Origin: a bacterium
GTDB taxonomy: Bacteria; Patescibacteriota; Dojkabacteria; JAKAPS01; JAJZLI01
Direction of reading: 5' to 3'
Assembly: GCA_021846685.1 (NCBI GenBank)
Contig: JAJZWL010000004.1
Coordinates: 7,899 to 71,898 of the forward strand
Length of the DNA stretch: 64,000 nt
The notes beneath the pieces were generated by a model. It saw only the letters and a list, made by a program, of their open reading frames with translations. It did no database searches and was not told where the DNA came from. The first letter of the stretch is position 1. The number at the start of each line of letters is the position of its first letter. The translations under genes were made by a program, and so were the position numbers. Below, one piece after another: positions 48,551 through 57,799 of this stretch.

Positions 48551-49120
48551 TTAATTCAAATTAGTAAATAGTTTTAAAAATCTTTTTTTATCCCAATCGA
48601 ATATAGCATAATCAGGCATTTTAATTTTTGATTGTATTTCTTTTGTAGGCATATCTAAATAAGAAGAGGTAAATGTTGCTAGCATATTACCATGTGATAC
48701 AATTCCAATGTTTTGAAATTTATTCTCATTCTTTACAATTTCTTCAAGTGCTGTATTAAATCTTCCTAAGGCTTCTTCAAAACTTTCACCTCCATCCATT
48801 CTTTGAACCTTCCCACTATACATTGCTTCTTGTTTTTTTTCATATTCAGTCTTTCCTGAAGTAAATTTTAATGTAAATGAGGTAATTTCTGTTAATCTAT
48901 TATCTGTTTTTACAGGAATAATATTTTTAGAAGCTAAAATCAATGTAGTTTCTAAAGCTTTTGTTTGTAGACTTGTATAAATTATATCTATATCTTTTAT
49001 ATCCTTATTATTCGATAAATCATATGCTCTTTCTATACCTTCTTCAGTAAGATTCCAAAGTACAATAGGAATATTCGGTTCTTGTTGAGTTTTTGAATGC
49101 CTAATAAATGTTATTTTCAT
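48551..49120 (-). CDS. Histidine phosphatase family protein (PGM/SixA branch)
   Basis: 189 aa; 'ITFIRHSKT' (RH-x-x-T catalytic His) and 'VSHGNML' second His. Confidence 0.6.
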   Translation of the reverse strand: MKITFIRHSKTQQEPNIPIVLWNLTEEGIERAYDLSNNKDIKDIDIIYTSLQTKALETTLILASKNIIPVKTDNRLTEITSFTLKFTSGKTEYEKKQEAMYSGKVQRMDGGESFEEALGRFNTALEEIVKNENKFQNIGIVSHGNMLATFTSSYLDMPTKEIQSKIKMPDYAIFDWDKKRFLKLFTNLN

Positions 49121-49137
49121 ATGATATAGACTTACTA

Positions 49138-50557
49138 AGTCTTTTCTAATTGAATAATAACCCTGAAATTAAATTGAGAAATATGAGTTTAGTCTTGTAA
49201 AAAGTATATCATTTTCTTTATTAATTTTCTAATTTATCAAATACTTTTTTTAGTGAGTATATATCTTTTAATATTTCATGTTTTTGAATTTGAACTAGCT
49301 TCATGTATTGATTGTGAGAATATCTAAGTTCTATGTTATCCATTTCTTTAAAAGAAAATTCTTTTTTTAAACTTTTACCTTTAGGATCTATGAATTTTAA
49401 TCTTTGGTATGGGGTCATGTAATCAGACTGTTTATATTTTTTCCTTATTCTTCCTTTATCATCTATTTTAATTTCAGGAAACCCACATGGATGATGATAA
49501 TTTAGATATTCATCATAATAATCTTTAAAAAATGTATCTAGTTGAGGTATATATTTAGAATCTATTGGTGTATATCCCATTTCTTTCCTTATTATTGTGT
49601 TTTTTGTTTCTACCTGGCCATTATCTTCTGATCTAAAGGATCGTGATTTTAACTGTTTTACATGCATTCTATTTAATATATTTGATATTACCTTGTTGAT
49701 GAATTCAGATCCGTTATCTGAATGGAATTCTGTTATTTTAAATGGGAAATATTTTAATATATCTTTTAATACTGGAGCAAGGTATCTTTGAGAGATAGCA
49801 GTTACTATATATATTCTCTGCCACTGTGTATGGTAATCTACTACGTTTATGTAATAGAGCTCTTTATCTTCGTTATTTTCTTTTTGATGTACGCTATCTA
49901 TACTGATGTGTCCAGGTAATCCATCTTTACTGAGAGCTTGTCTTATTCCTATAGCTGCGTTTATCGATGCAGTACCTCTAAGATTGTGAGAATTCTTACC
50001 AAGTAATACATATATGTAGCTAACAGATATATCTTTAATGTTTATATAGCTGGTATCTCTATATATTATATACTCATCAACCAAGATCTTTTTTATTGCA
50101 TTTCCATTTGTCTGATGCAGATCTCTTGTTTCATACACTAAGGCTATATCCTCTCTTGTATATTTATTATGGGAATGTGTTCTTTTATACTTTTGCCTTT
50201 CTATTCTACCTGTATTATGCCAAATAGAGCATAGTTTTTTCACTCTATCTTGGGATAGACACAAAACTATGGATGCATAATCTATGATAGTTCCTTTCTC
50301 TTTCTTTGAAAGCTTAAAGTAATTGTGAAATCTTAAAAGTTTTTCCAGCCACTTGCGTCCTTCAGACTTATCTCTAATCTGAAACTCTAACCCTACTTTT
50401 AAAAGATCATCTATTTGAGCTATACTTAACTTGTGTGAGTTTTTCATAATTATGTTCATTCTAAGCTTATTATGACTACTCACACATCTGTTTGCAATTT
50501 TCAGGGTTACTTTCTAATTATTTATCATCCTCTTTCAGGGTTGTTTTACTGTGGACA
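49138..50557 (-). mobile_element. IS481-like insertion sequence with a 10-bp target-site duplication
   Basis: Exact direct repeat AGACTTACTA at 49128-49137 and 50558-50567 brackets a ~1.4-kb unit; imperfect terminal inverted repeats contain AACCCTGAAA (left) / TTTCAGGGTT (right); single rve-type transposase inside. Confidence 0.6.
49221..50483 (-). CDS. DDE transposase, rve (integrase core) family, IS481-like
   Basis: 420 aa; N-terminal HTH region; core 'EFHSDNGSEF' (the H-x-D-N-G-x-E-F signature of IS3/IS481/retroviral integrase cores). Confidence 0.8.
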   Translation of the reverse strand: MSSHNKLRMNIIMKNSHKLSIAQIDDLLKVGLEFQIRDKSEGRKWLEKLLRFHNYFKLSKKEKGTIIDYASIVLCLSQDRVKKLCSIWHNTGRIERQKYKRTHSHNKYTREDIALVYETRDLHQTNGNAIKKILVDEYIIYRDTSYINIKDISVSYIYVLLGKNSHNLRGTASINAAIGIRQALSKDGLPGHISIDSVHQKENNEDKELYYINVVDYHTQWQRIYIVTAISQRYLAPVLKDILKYFPFKITEFHSDNGSEFINKVISNILNRMHVKQLKSRSFRSEDNGQVETKNTIIRKEMGYTPIDSKYIPQLDTFFKDYYDEYLNYHHPCGFPEIKIDDKGRIRKKYKQSDYMTPYQRLKFIDPKGKSLKKEFSFKEMDNIELRYSHNQYMKLVQIQKHEILKDIYSLKKVFDKLEN

Positions 50558-50631
50558 AGACTTACTATATACAAAATTAACAAAAAATGCTATGATTAAT
50601 TTAATTAAATTAATATTATATATAATAAATT

Positions 50632-51423
50632 ATGGGAGGAATTAATCATCAACCAACTAGTAATATTAGTCTTGCTTTAACTGTAGATGCGGCGCAATCT
50701 CTTACTGAAGGTATGTCTAATCTAATGAGGTCAAATGTTGAAATAGAAAATGTAGTGAAATTAACTGGTTCTAATAGAATTGGAAATGGAAGGTTACACC
50801 TTAAACAGTCCTTACTCTTTATGAGAGCAAGTTTAAATGATTTAGAGTTGGTTCATGATGGAGTTAACCTTATTATTGAAACTCTTTCTAGGGGTGATTA
50901 CAGTCCATTTTCTCCATCTATTATTAATGTGGACGAATTTGTATCAAGGGCTCAAAAAGAAAGTATGTTACCAAAGAGTGATGTGGTTATATGTGCTAGA
51001 GAAGACTGTATAAAAGGTGGTTATGAAGCTATGTTTTCGCATATCATAGAAATGATTGATAGTGCAATATTATCTACCAATTCTTTGATAAATTTGACTA
51101 ATACTATGATTGATGGACCTGAAGGAAAACAAGGTTATTTTTGGTTTACAGTTGAAACTAATAAAAAGCCTTGGAGACAAATTTTTTCTCATACTGTTAC
51201 TATGTGGCAAGATCTCCTTTCATATTGGATGACAAGTGCTCTTATATGCACTGAAGTTCATAATAAAGGGGCTAATATTCCTAGTTTATTTGAAAACATT
51301 TCTAATTTTCTAGATTTCCCAAAATATGATTTTAATAGATTATCTAGGAAAAAAGATATTCAAAAATTAAAATCTAGTTTTAATAGAGATATTACTTACT
51401 CAATAAGTAGAGATATAAAATAA
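50632..51423 (+). CDS. Hypothetical protein (compositionally GC-shifted)
   Basis: 263 aa; no recognisable motif; visibly less AT-rich codon usage than neighbouring core genes. Confidence 0.4.
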   Translation: MGGINHQPTSNISLALTVDAAQSLTEGMSNLMRSNVEIENVVKLTGSNRIGNGRLHLKQSLLFMRASLNDLELVHDGVNLIIETLSRGDYSPFSPSIINVDEFVSRAQKESMLPKSDVVICAREDCIKGGYEAMFSHIIEMIDSAILSTNSLINLTNTMIDGPEGKQGYFWFTVETNKKPWRQIFSHTVTMWQDLLSYWMTSALICTEVHNKGANIPSLFENISNFLDFPKYDFNRLSRKKDIQKLKSSFNRDITYSISRDIK

Positions 51424-51447
51424 GTAATAATATATAAAATATGATCT

Positions 51448-53082
51448 CTATTTGATACTTATTGTTTGTTCTATACTTAGATTTTGAATAAATTCTCTAT
51501 CATGAGAAACAACAAGTAAGGCTCCCCTGTACGATGAAATTGCAGTTTCTAGAGCATCAGTAGTTGTTATATCTAAATTATTTGTAGGCTCATCCAGTAT
51601 TATAATATTAGATTGATTTGCTACTATTCCTGCCAGTATAATTTTTGCTCTTTCTCCTCCACTCAATTTATATGCAGGAGTATATGTAATAGATTGTCTC
51701 TCAATATTGAATTTTACTAATAAATGCATTATTTCATTTTGTGGTATATTGGGGCATAAAGTTCTTAGATTGTCTAGTGCATTGGAGTTCATTAGCGGTA
51801 ATGATTGATTTTGATCAATATATCCTATACGTATGGAAGGGCTTAACCTTATTTGTCCTTCTTTAATAAATTTATTACTTCCAAGAACAGCATTAATAAT
51901 TGAAGTTTTGCCACTGCCATTATTACCAATTAATGCAATTCTTTCTTTTCCATATATATTAAAACTTATTGGCCCAATAGTTGATATAGAATTATTATGA
52001 GTATATTCAATAACTAAATTTTCAACACTAATTAATCTATTGCTAGAATCTAATTTTTCAGGCTCTGTAAATGTGAAATTAAGACTAATTGGTTCTTCAG
52101 GAGGATCTACTCTTTTCACTTGTTCAGATTTAGTTTTTAAAGAAGTTAACCTACTCGATATACTATTGCTAGCCTTTTCCTTACGAAAATTTGTATTTAA
52201 TTTATCATTGTCAGTTCTTGATCTGTTAGAACTTACTGATACAACATTACTATTCATCTTCTTTATTTGCTTTTCAATTTGTTTGCATTTTTTTACATAT
52301 TGATCGTGATGATGGGTGTCAGATTCGTACCTATTTTTTTTAGCCTCGACATATTCATCATATCCAAGAGTATATTCTTGAACACCATTATTTCCTCCAA
52401 GCAACTCAATTATTTTTTTTGATGCATTTCTCAAAAAACGTCTATCATGTGATACTAATACAAAACTTGCACTAGAGTGTTCTATATATGTTTCTAGTAC
52501 TATAATTCCTTCCTGGTCTAAATTATTAGTAGGTTCATCTAATAATAATAAATCATGTTTATCTGCAAAAATAGCAGCGAGCGCAATTTTAGTACGTTGT
52601 CCGCCTGAAATTTCTCCAAGACGAAGATTAGTATCAATTTCTCCCACACCAGCCTTTTTTAATGATTTTTTTAATCTCTGATGAAAATTATATACTTCTA
52701 GTTGAGTATATTTATCTTGAGCTTCTTGATAAATAAGTAGTACATTATCGTCCTCTTTTTCTGTAGATAGTTTATTACAAGCTTCCTCAAATTTATTTCT
52801 AGCTTCTTGTACCCCAGTGGTTTCTTCTATAAAATCATATACGGTATGGTCTAGCCAAGTACTAAAATCTTGTGGCATTAATCCAATTCGTAATCTCTCT
52901 GGATTAATAATTTCTCCACTTGTTGGTTGTATGTCTCCAACTAAAATTTTTAGTAATAAACTTTTTCCTACTCCGTTATCTCCAATCAATCCTATACGAT
53001 CTTTTGGATTAATATTAAAGTCTATATTAGAGAATATTTCTTTTCCATCAGTTTCATAACCGACCTCATGTACATTTAACAT
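51448..53082 (-). CDS. ABC-F family ATPase (tandem ABC domains, no TMD)
   Basis: 544 aa; domain 1 Walker A 'GDNGVGKS', signature 'ISGGQRTKIALA', Walker B 'LLLLDEPTNNLD'; domain 2 Walker A 'GNNGSGKTS', signature 'LSGGERAKIILA', Walker B 'IIILDEPTNNLD'; about 70-aa K/S/R-rich interdomain linker. Confidence 0.8.
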   Translation of the reverse strand: MLNVHEVGYETDGKEIFSNIDFNINPKDRIGLIGDNGVGKSLLLKILVGDIQPTSGEIINPERLRIGLMPQDFSTWLDHTVYDFIEETTGVQEARNKFEEACNKLSTEKEDDNVLLIYQEAQDKYTQLEVYNFHQRLKKSLKKAGVGEIDTNLRLGEISGGQRTKIALAAIFADKHDLLLLDEPTNNLDQEGIIVLETYIEHSSASFVLVSHDRRFLRNASKKIIELLGGNNGVQEYTLGYDEYVEAKKNRYESDTHHHDQYVKKCKQIEKQIKKMNSNVVSVSSNRSRTDNDKLNTNFRKEKASNSISSRLTSLKTKSEQVKRVDPPEEPISLNFTFTEPEKLDSSNRLISVENLVIEYTHNNSISTIGPISFNIYGKERIALIGNNGSGKTSIINAVLGSNKFIKEGQIRLSPSIRIGYIDQNQSLPLMNSNALDNLRTLCPNIPQNEIMHLLVKFNIERQSITYTPAYKLSGGERAKIILAGIVANQSNIIILDEPTNNLDITTTDALETAISSYRGALLVVSHDREFIQNLSIEQTISIK

Positions 53083-53199
53083 AATGTCATAATTATATCA
53101 TATAATACGGTTAAATATCAGCGATTGTACGAGGTAAATAGTTTTAAAGCTTAGAAAGGAAGGTGTTTATATGGGATACTCATATTTTTTGATATTTAT

Positions 53200-53313
53200 A
53201 ATCCAGACTAAAAGCGGTTCGATCTGAGGCATCTTAAGGTCAATTAACAAGGTATCCCCTATGAAAACATCTCAAATGTATTGATATACTAGGAAACATG
53301 CGCGGTTCGAAAT
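53200..53313 (+). repeat. Island repeat copy B (full unit)
   Basis: 'aatccagactaaaagcggttcgatctgaggcatcttaaggtcaattaacaaggtatcccctatgaaaacatctcaaatgtattgatatactaggaaacatgcgcggttcgaaat'. Confidence 0.75.
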
Positions 53314-53372
53314 AGCAACATGACCAATACTTGCAATTAGTCGTATTATGTAGTATAGTCGAGTATAGTTAA

Positions 53373-54452
53373 TTGTACTACATTATGGATAATCACGGAA
53401 GATTTAATAAGAGACTAGAAAGCATTACATCAGATATATATCTAAAGATATCTAAAACCGATGAGCTCAAAGGTATGTGGATTGGAGGCATGAAATTAAG
53501 TCCTCAAACACTTGGTAGACTTAAACAGTCGGCCCTAATAACCTCAACAGGAGCTTCAACCAGAATTGAAGGATCAGGACTATCTGATGAAGAGATTGAG
53601 AAAGTTATTAAAGGCATAAAAATTCAAAATTTTAGAAATAGAGATGAGCAAGAAGTGAAAGGATACTTCGAGCTTCTAGAAAATGTATTTAATAATTTTA
53701 ATACTTTAACTTTCAATGAAAACTGTATTAAATCTTTTCACAATGAACTTCTAAAATATGTAGAAAAGGATCAATCACATAAAGGAGAATATAAAAATCT
53801 ACCTAACCATGTTGAGCTAATAGATGAACCTAATAATATTGTAGAGGTGATTTTTGAAACTACACCTCCATATTTAGTTTCTCACCAAATGCATTCTCTT
53901 GTAGAATGGACTCAAAATGCTTTACTCGCGAAGAAATATCACCCATTATTAGTGATTGGAAATTTTATTGTTGAATTTTTGAAGATTCATCCGTTTCAGG
54001 ATGGAAATGGTAGGTTATCAAGAATATTAACTAGTTTTTTATTATTAAAGGAGGGATATAAATATGCAGAATATAGCTCTCACGAAAAGTTGATAGAAGA
54101 AAATAAACAAGAATATTACCTCTCTTTGATGAAAAGTCAAAAAACTTTCAACAAAAAAATGGAAAATATTCTACCTTGGATGAATTTTTTTATAGATATT
54201 ATGATTAAGCAAGCTCAATATGCTGTTGATTTTGGATCAAATGATAACATAGAATCTTTACTTACTAAGATACAGTTGAAAGTTTGGGAATATATATCTA
54301 AAGTAGGGGAAGCAAGTCCTAAAGATATATCTCAAAACACTGATATAGGAAGGGATACGCTAAGGCAGGTATTAAATAAATTAATTAAGTTAAAGAAAGT
54401 TGAAAAATTGGGACAAGGAGTGGGAACTTACTATAGAATAATAAAAGATTGA
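53373..54452 (+). CDS. Fic-family AMPylase (class II, N-terminal inhibitory helix) with C-terminal winged-HTH
   Basis: 359 aa; canonical Fic motif 'HPFQDGNGRLSR'; upstream 'STRIEG' fits the S/T-x-x-x-E-G inhibitory-helix motif; C-terminal HTH-like 'DISQNTDIGRDTLRQVLNKLIKLKKV'; ends with TGA. Confidence 0.85.
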   Translation: MYYIMDNHGRFNKRLESITSDIYLKISKTDELKGMWIGGMKLSPQTLGRLKQSALITSTGASTRIEGSGLSDEEIEKVIKGIKIQNFRNRDEQEVKGYFELLENVFNNFNTLTFNENCIKSFHNELLKYVEKDQSHKGEYKNLPNHVELIDEPNNIVEVIFETTPPYLVSHQMHSLVEWTQNALLAKKYHPLLVIGNFIVEFLKIHPFQDGNGRLSRILTSFLLLKEGYKYAEYSSHEKLIEENKQEYYLSLMKSQKTFNKKMENILPWMNFFIDIMIKQAQYAVDFGSNDNIESLLTKIQLKVWEYISKVGEASPKDISQNTDIGRDTLRQVLNKLIKLKKVEKLGQGVGTYYRIIKD

Positions 54453-54491
54453 AAAAATTCATCATTTTAAATATACTTTTATCAATTTAAT

Positions 54492-54546
54492 AATCCAAAC
54501 TAAAAGCGGTTCGATCTGAGGCACCTTAAGGTCAATTAACGCGACA
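54492..54546 (+). repeat. Island repeat copy C (5' module plus start of 3' module)
   Basis: 'aatccaaactaaaagcggttcgatctgaggcaccttaaggtcaattaacgcgaca'; contains the 10-bp palindrome ACCTTAAGGT (54523-54532). Confidence 0.75.
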
Positions 54547-54817
54547 AATTCACTAAAATCATATATGACAATAAAAACAAATCGTATTTAATTCACATAG
54601 AGTATTTATAATTTCATGATTGTTTTACAATTATTTTTTAATACCATATATTGGTCAGACAAGACTTTTTGTATAAGTCCACATATATTTATTGTTGTCA
54701 AACCATCAAGATTGAGAATGAAAATTAACAAAAACAGGAGAGTTTTCTATAGTCTTTATTGGTATTCTCATATATGTAAGTTTCTCTGGTTTTATGGTAT
54801 AATTCAGATTAATAATT

Positions 54818-55873
54818 ATGGAAACACAAGAGTCATTAGTATATCATCAAAATGAATTAAAAATTTATGAACCCTCTGTTCTTCAAGATTTACAGATGAG
54901 GGTGTTAGATAGCCCGAGTGAGGATACTTCTGTTTGGTTTCCAATTCCTAGAGAAGGGGAGGTTTCTTATGAATCTAGAATTGATATAGATAGTATAGAT
55001 ATTACCACAGAATATGTCGATGCACTAAATAATTATTTAGATAGGGCATTAGATGATTTTACTGGATTTAGCAAACCTAAATGTGATGGTTTTGTTGTCG
55101 CACTGTCTGGTGGTTTAGATTCAGCAGTTTCAACAGAATTACTTAACAAATATTGTAAAGCCAAGGGGTGTAATTTAAAAATATTGGTAATGGGGGAAGG
55201 AGACCATAATGAATATATCGATAGATATTTAGGAACTCCTGCAGAATGGATAGATATCCAGTATGCAAAATTAATGTGTCAAGAAAATAATTTAGATTTT
55301 GAATATTTAGATATAACTAGAGACATTAAAGCATTAAGAGATAGATATACAAAAAAATGGGCTATAAGTGGACAATTACCAAGATTGAGAGCAAATCATT
55401 TATACGCAATGGCTGAGGAACATGATTTAATATCTGTTGGAACTACTAATGGATCAGAATACATTTTGGCTGCATTTTCTACAGGTGGTCCAGCCGGAAA
55501 TATTGCACCATTATTAGATTTATATAAAACTGAAGTATATGCCATAGCTCGTGATATTGGAATTCCTAAATATATTCAGGAGAGAATGCCTTTAATAAAT
55601 GAATTAAATCTACCAGACAATAGTTTTTATGGCAGAACAGTAGATTCAACTATTTTAGATCCAATAATTAGAAGACTATGGTTTCATAAACAAAACCCAA
55701 TTAAGGTAGCAAAAGAATTAGGTCATTCCGAAAGATGGGTTCGAGATATTGATGAAAAGAGAATAAAGGGAGAATCCTGCAGAAGAAATTACAAAGGTCT
55801 TTTAATTAATAGAGGTTTTCATTTTGAAGATTTATCCCCAGATTTGTTTGTTGATAGGTCATATTTTATATAG
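54818..55873 (+). CDS. NAD+ synthetase (NadE)-like PP-loop ATP pyrophosphatase
   Basis: 351 aa; PP-loop 'VVALSGGLDSAVS'; NadE-like 'ISGQLPRLRANHLYAMAEEHDLISVGTTNGSEYILAAFSTGGPAGNIAPLLDLYKTEVYAIARDIG'; ~60-aa N-terminal extension. Confidence 0.65.
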   Translation: METQESLVYHQNELKIYEPSVLQDLQMRVLDSPSEDTSVWFPIPREGEVSYESRIDIDSIDITTEYVDALNNYLDRALDDFTGFSKPKCDGFVVALSGGLDSAVSTELLNKYCKAKGCNLKILVMGEGDHNEYIDRYLGTPAEWIDIQYAKLMCQENNLDFEYLDITRDIKALRDRYTKKWAISGQLPRLRANHLYAMAEEHDLISVGTTNGSEYILAAFSTGGPAGNIAPLLDLYKTEVYAIARDIGIPKYIQERMPLINELNLPDNSFYGRTVDSTILDPIIRRLWFHKQNPIKVAKELGHSERWVRDIDEKRIKGESCRRNYKGLLINRGFHFEDLSPDLFVDRSYFI

Positions 55874-55879
55874 ATTATA

Positions 55880-56728
55880 ATGAAAATATCATTCTTCCAA
55901 TACTTACCAGAATTTAATAATTTACAAGAGAATATAGCAAATATAGTATCTTTAATTCAAAAGAATAAAGAAAATATACTTAAAACTGATATATTAGTTT
56001 TTCCAGAATATTCTTTTTCTGGACCATTAAATTTAGATAATTTTGAGAATTATAAAAAACAAATAACTGATATGTCAGTTATTTCTATTTTAGAGAAAAT
56101 ATCCAAAGAATTAAAAGGTGTTACCATAATATTTGGTTCAATGATTTTGCCCATGAAAAATAAAACATTCGCAAATACATCTATGGTATTTAAAAATGGT
56201 AAGATTGTTGGAACATATGACAAAAAAGCATTGATATACAATGAAAATTATATTTGTACTGCATCTAAAAAATACTTAAAGTTCAATGTGGGTAAATATA
56301 AAATTGGGTTAGCTATATGTTGGGATCTAATTCTTCCAGAAGTGTTTAGAAATTATGTAAATGAAATTGATCTTATTATAATTCCAAGTTTTTGGGGGAT
56401 AGGAGGTAATTTATTGCAATCAAAGTATAAGTTTTCATTAGAAAAAAAATATTATAGACAATTGTGTGTATCTAGAGCATATGAGAATGCATTTGCTTTA
56501 TTATTTGTAAATTCAGTAGGAGAATATAAATCTTCTTTTTATACAGATAGAATGATGGGCGGAAGTTTAGCTATTATGCCTCCGTTGGGTGAGGTATATT
56601 TTTCGAATGACAAGAATCCCAATAATATTCATATTATTGAAATGGATTTTAAATTTTTAAAAGAATATAGAGAATATTATGCAACTGATAAAGACTTTAA
56701 ATATTATAAATCTAAAAATATTTTCTAA
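55880..56728 (+). CDS. Carbon-nitrogen hydrolase (nitrilase superfamily; glutaminase-type)
   Basis: 282 aa; catalytic triad context 'VFPEYSF' (Glu), 'TYDKKALIY' (Lys), 'GLAICWDLILPE' (Cys). Confidence 0.7.
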   Translation: MKISFFQYLPEFNNLQENIANIVSLIQKNKENILKTDILVFPEYSFSGPLNLDNFENYKKQITDMSVISILEKISKELKGVTIIFGSMILPMKNKTFANTSMVFKNGKIVGTYDKKALIYNENYICTASKKYLKFNVGKYKIGLAICWDLILPEVFRNYVNEIDLIIIPSFWGIGGNLLQSKYKFSLEKKYYRQLCVSRAYENAFALLFVNSVGEYKSSFYTDRMMGGSLAIMPPLGEVYFSNDKNPNNIHIIEMDFKFLKEYREYYATDKDFKYYKSKNIF

Positions 56729-57790
56729 ATGGCTAAATATATTTTTTATAAACAAAAATTAATTGATAATATAAATATGCTAAAAGATGCTTATAAATCT
56801 AAAGGTATAAATTTTAAGATTTATTATTCAGTAAAAACCAATCCTTCTGATTGTGTTTTAGAAATTATTAACAATGAAAATTGTAATTTTGAAGTTGTAT
56901 CTTATGATGAATGGCTTTCAGTAAAAAAATATAATCCTACAACTTTAGTACTTAATGGACCTTCTAAAGATATAAAAATACTTAAAAATATATTTGACTG
57001 TAATGTGAAAGAGCTATATTTTAATATAGATAATGATACAGATTTTGACATTATAGATAGTATTGATAATATATATACCGATAAATTAAAACTTGGTGTA
57101 AGAGTATATCTTGATAAAACTGGCATATGGAATAGATTTGGATTTGATATTGATTCTCCTAGATTAGTTCAAATTATAAAAAAATATCGAGATAAGATTA
57201 ATGGTTTCCATTTTCATTTTTCAACAAACAATTTTAATTTTGAAAATTATCTTCAGATTATGACTAAAATAAATAATTTAATAGATAAATACCAATTAAA
57301 CTTAGAATATATAGATATTGGAGGAGGGTTTCCTGGTGCAAGTGAAGAGATGTATTCTAATATTATATACAATAAATTACCTGATTTAATAAAAACAATG
57401 ATGCCTGATAATATTACAATTATATCTGAGGTAGGTAGAAATCTAATTGAAGATACTTTTAATATGAAAACGAGTGTTATTTCTAAGAAGAAAATATCTG
57501 AAGACAAATTTGATATAGTTATTGATACAAATATACTACATTTTCCATGTTATTGGGAGAAAAAATTTGGTATTGACTATATAGTTAAAAATGCTAATAA
57601 AGATCAAAAGCCTATAAATATAAATATTTTTGGAAACTCTTGTATGCAAATTGATAAAATAGCAGATAATTTTTTGATAGCTTGTGAACCAAATATAAAT
57701 GATAATGTTATAATATCTAAAATAGGAGCATATTCTGTCTCGCAGGCTTCTAATTTTATTACAAAAATACCAAATATAGTAATTTCATAA
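56729..57790 (+). CDS. PLP-dependent decarboxylase, fold III (Orn/DAP/Arg decarboxylase family)
   Basis: 353 aa; 'YYSVKTNP' PLP-Lys motif, 'GFHFHFSTN', 'IDIGGGFPGA' Gly-rich motif, 'EVGRNLIED', conserved C-terminal Cys 'GNSCMQID'. Confidence 0.7.
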   Translation: MAKYIFYKQKLIDNINMLKDAYKSKGINFKIYYSVKTNPSDCVLEIINNENCNFEVVSYDEWLSVKKYNPTTLVLNGPSKDIKILKNIFDCNVKELYFNIDNDTDFDIIDSIDNIYTDKLKLGVRVYLDKTGIWNRFGFDIDSPRLVQIIKKYRDKINGFHFHFSTNNFNFENYLQIMTKINNLIDKYQLNLEYIDIGGGFPGASEEMYSNIIYNKLPDLIKTMMPDNITIISEVGRNLIEDTFNMKTSVISKKKISEDKFDIVIDTNILHFPCYWEKKFGIDYIVKNANKDQKPININIFGNSCMQIDKIADNFLIACEPNINDNVIISKIGAYSVSQASNFITKIPNIVIS

Positions 57791-57799
57791 ATTAATAAA

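Noticed and set aside
54818-56728. NadE-like + CN hydrolase read as an ordinary glutamine-dependent NAD+ synthetase
   Set aside because: Not accepted as the default. The domains are split into two genes in the reverse of the fused NadE order, sit in an operon with a decarboxylase and an ATP-grasp ligase, and are on a repeat-bounded cassette. A housekeeping role remains possible and is listed as the refuting condition.
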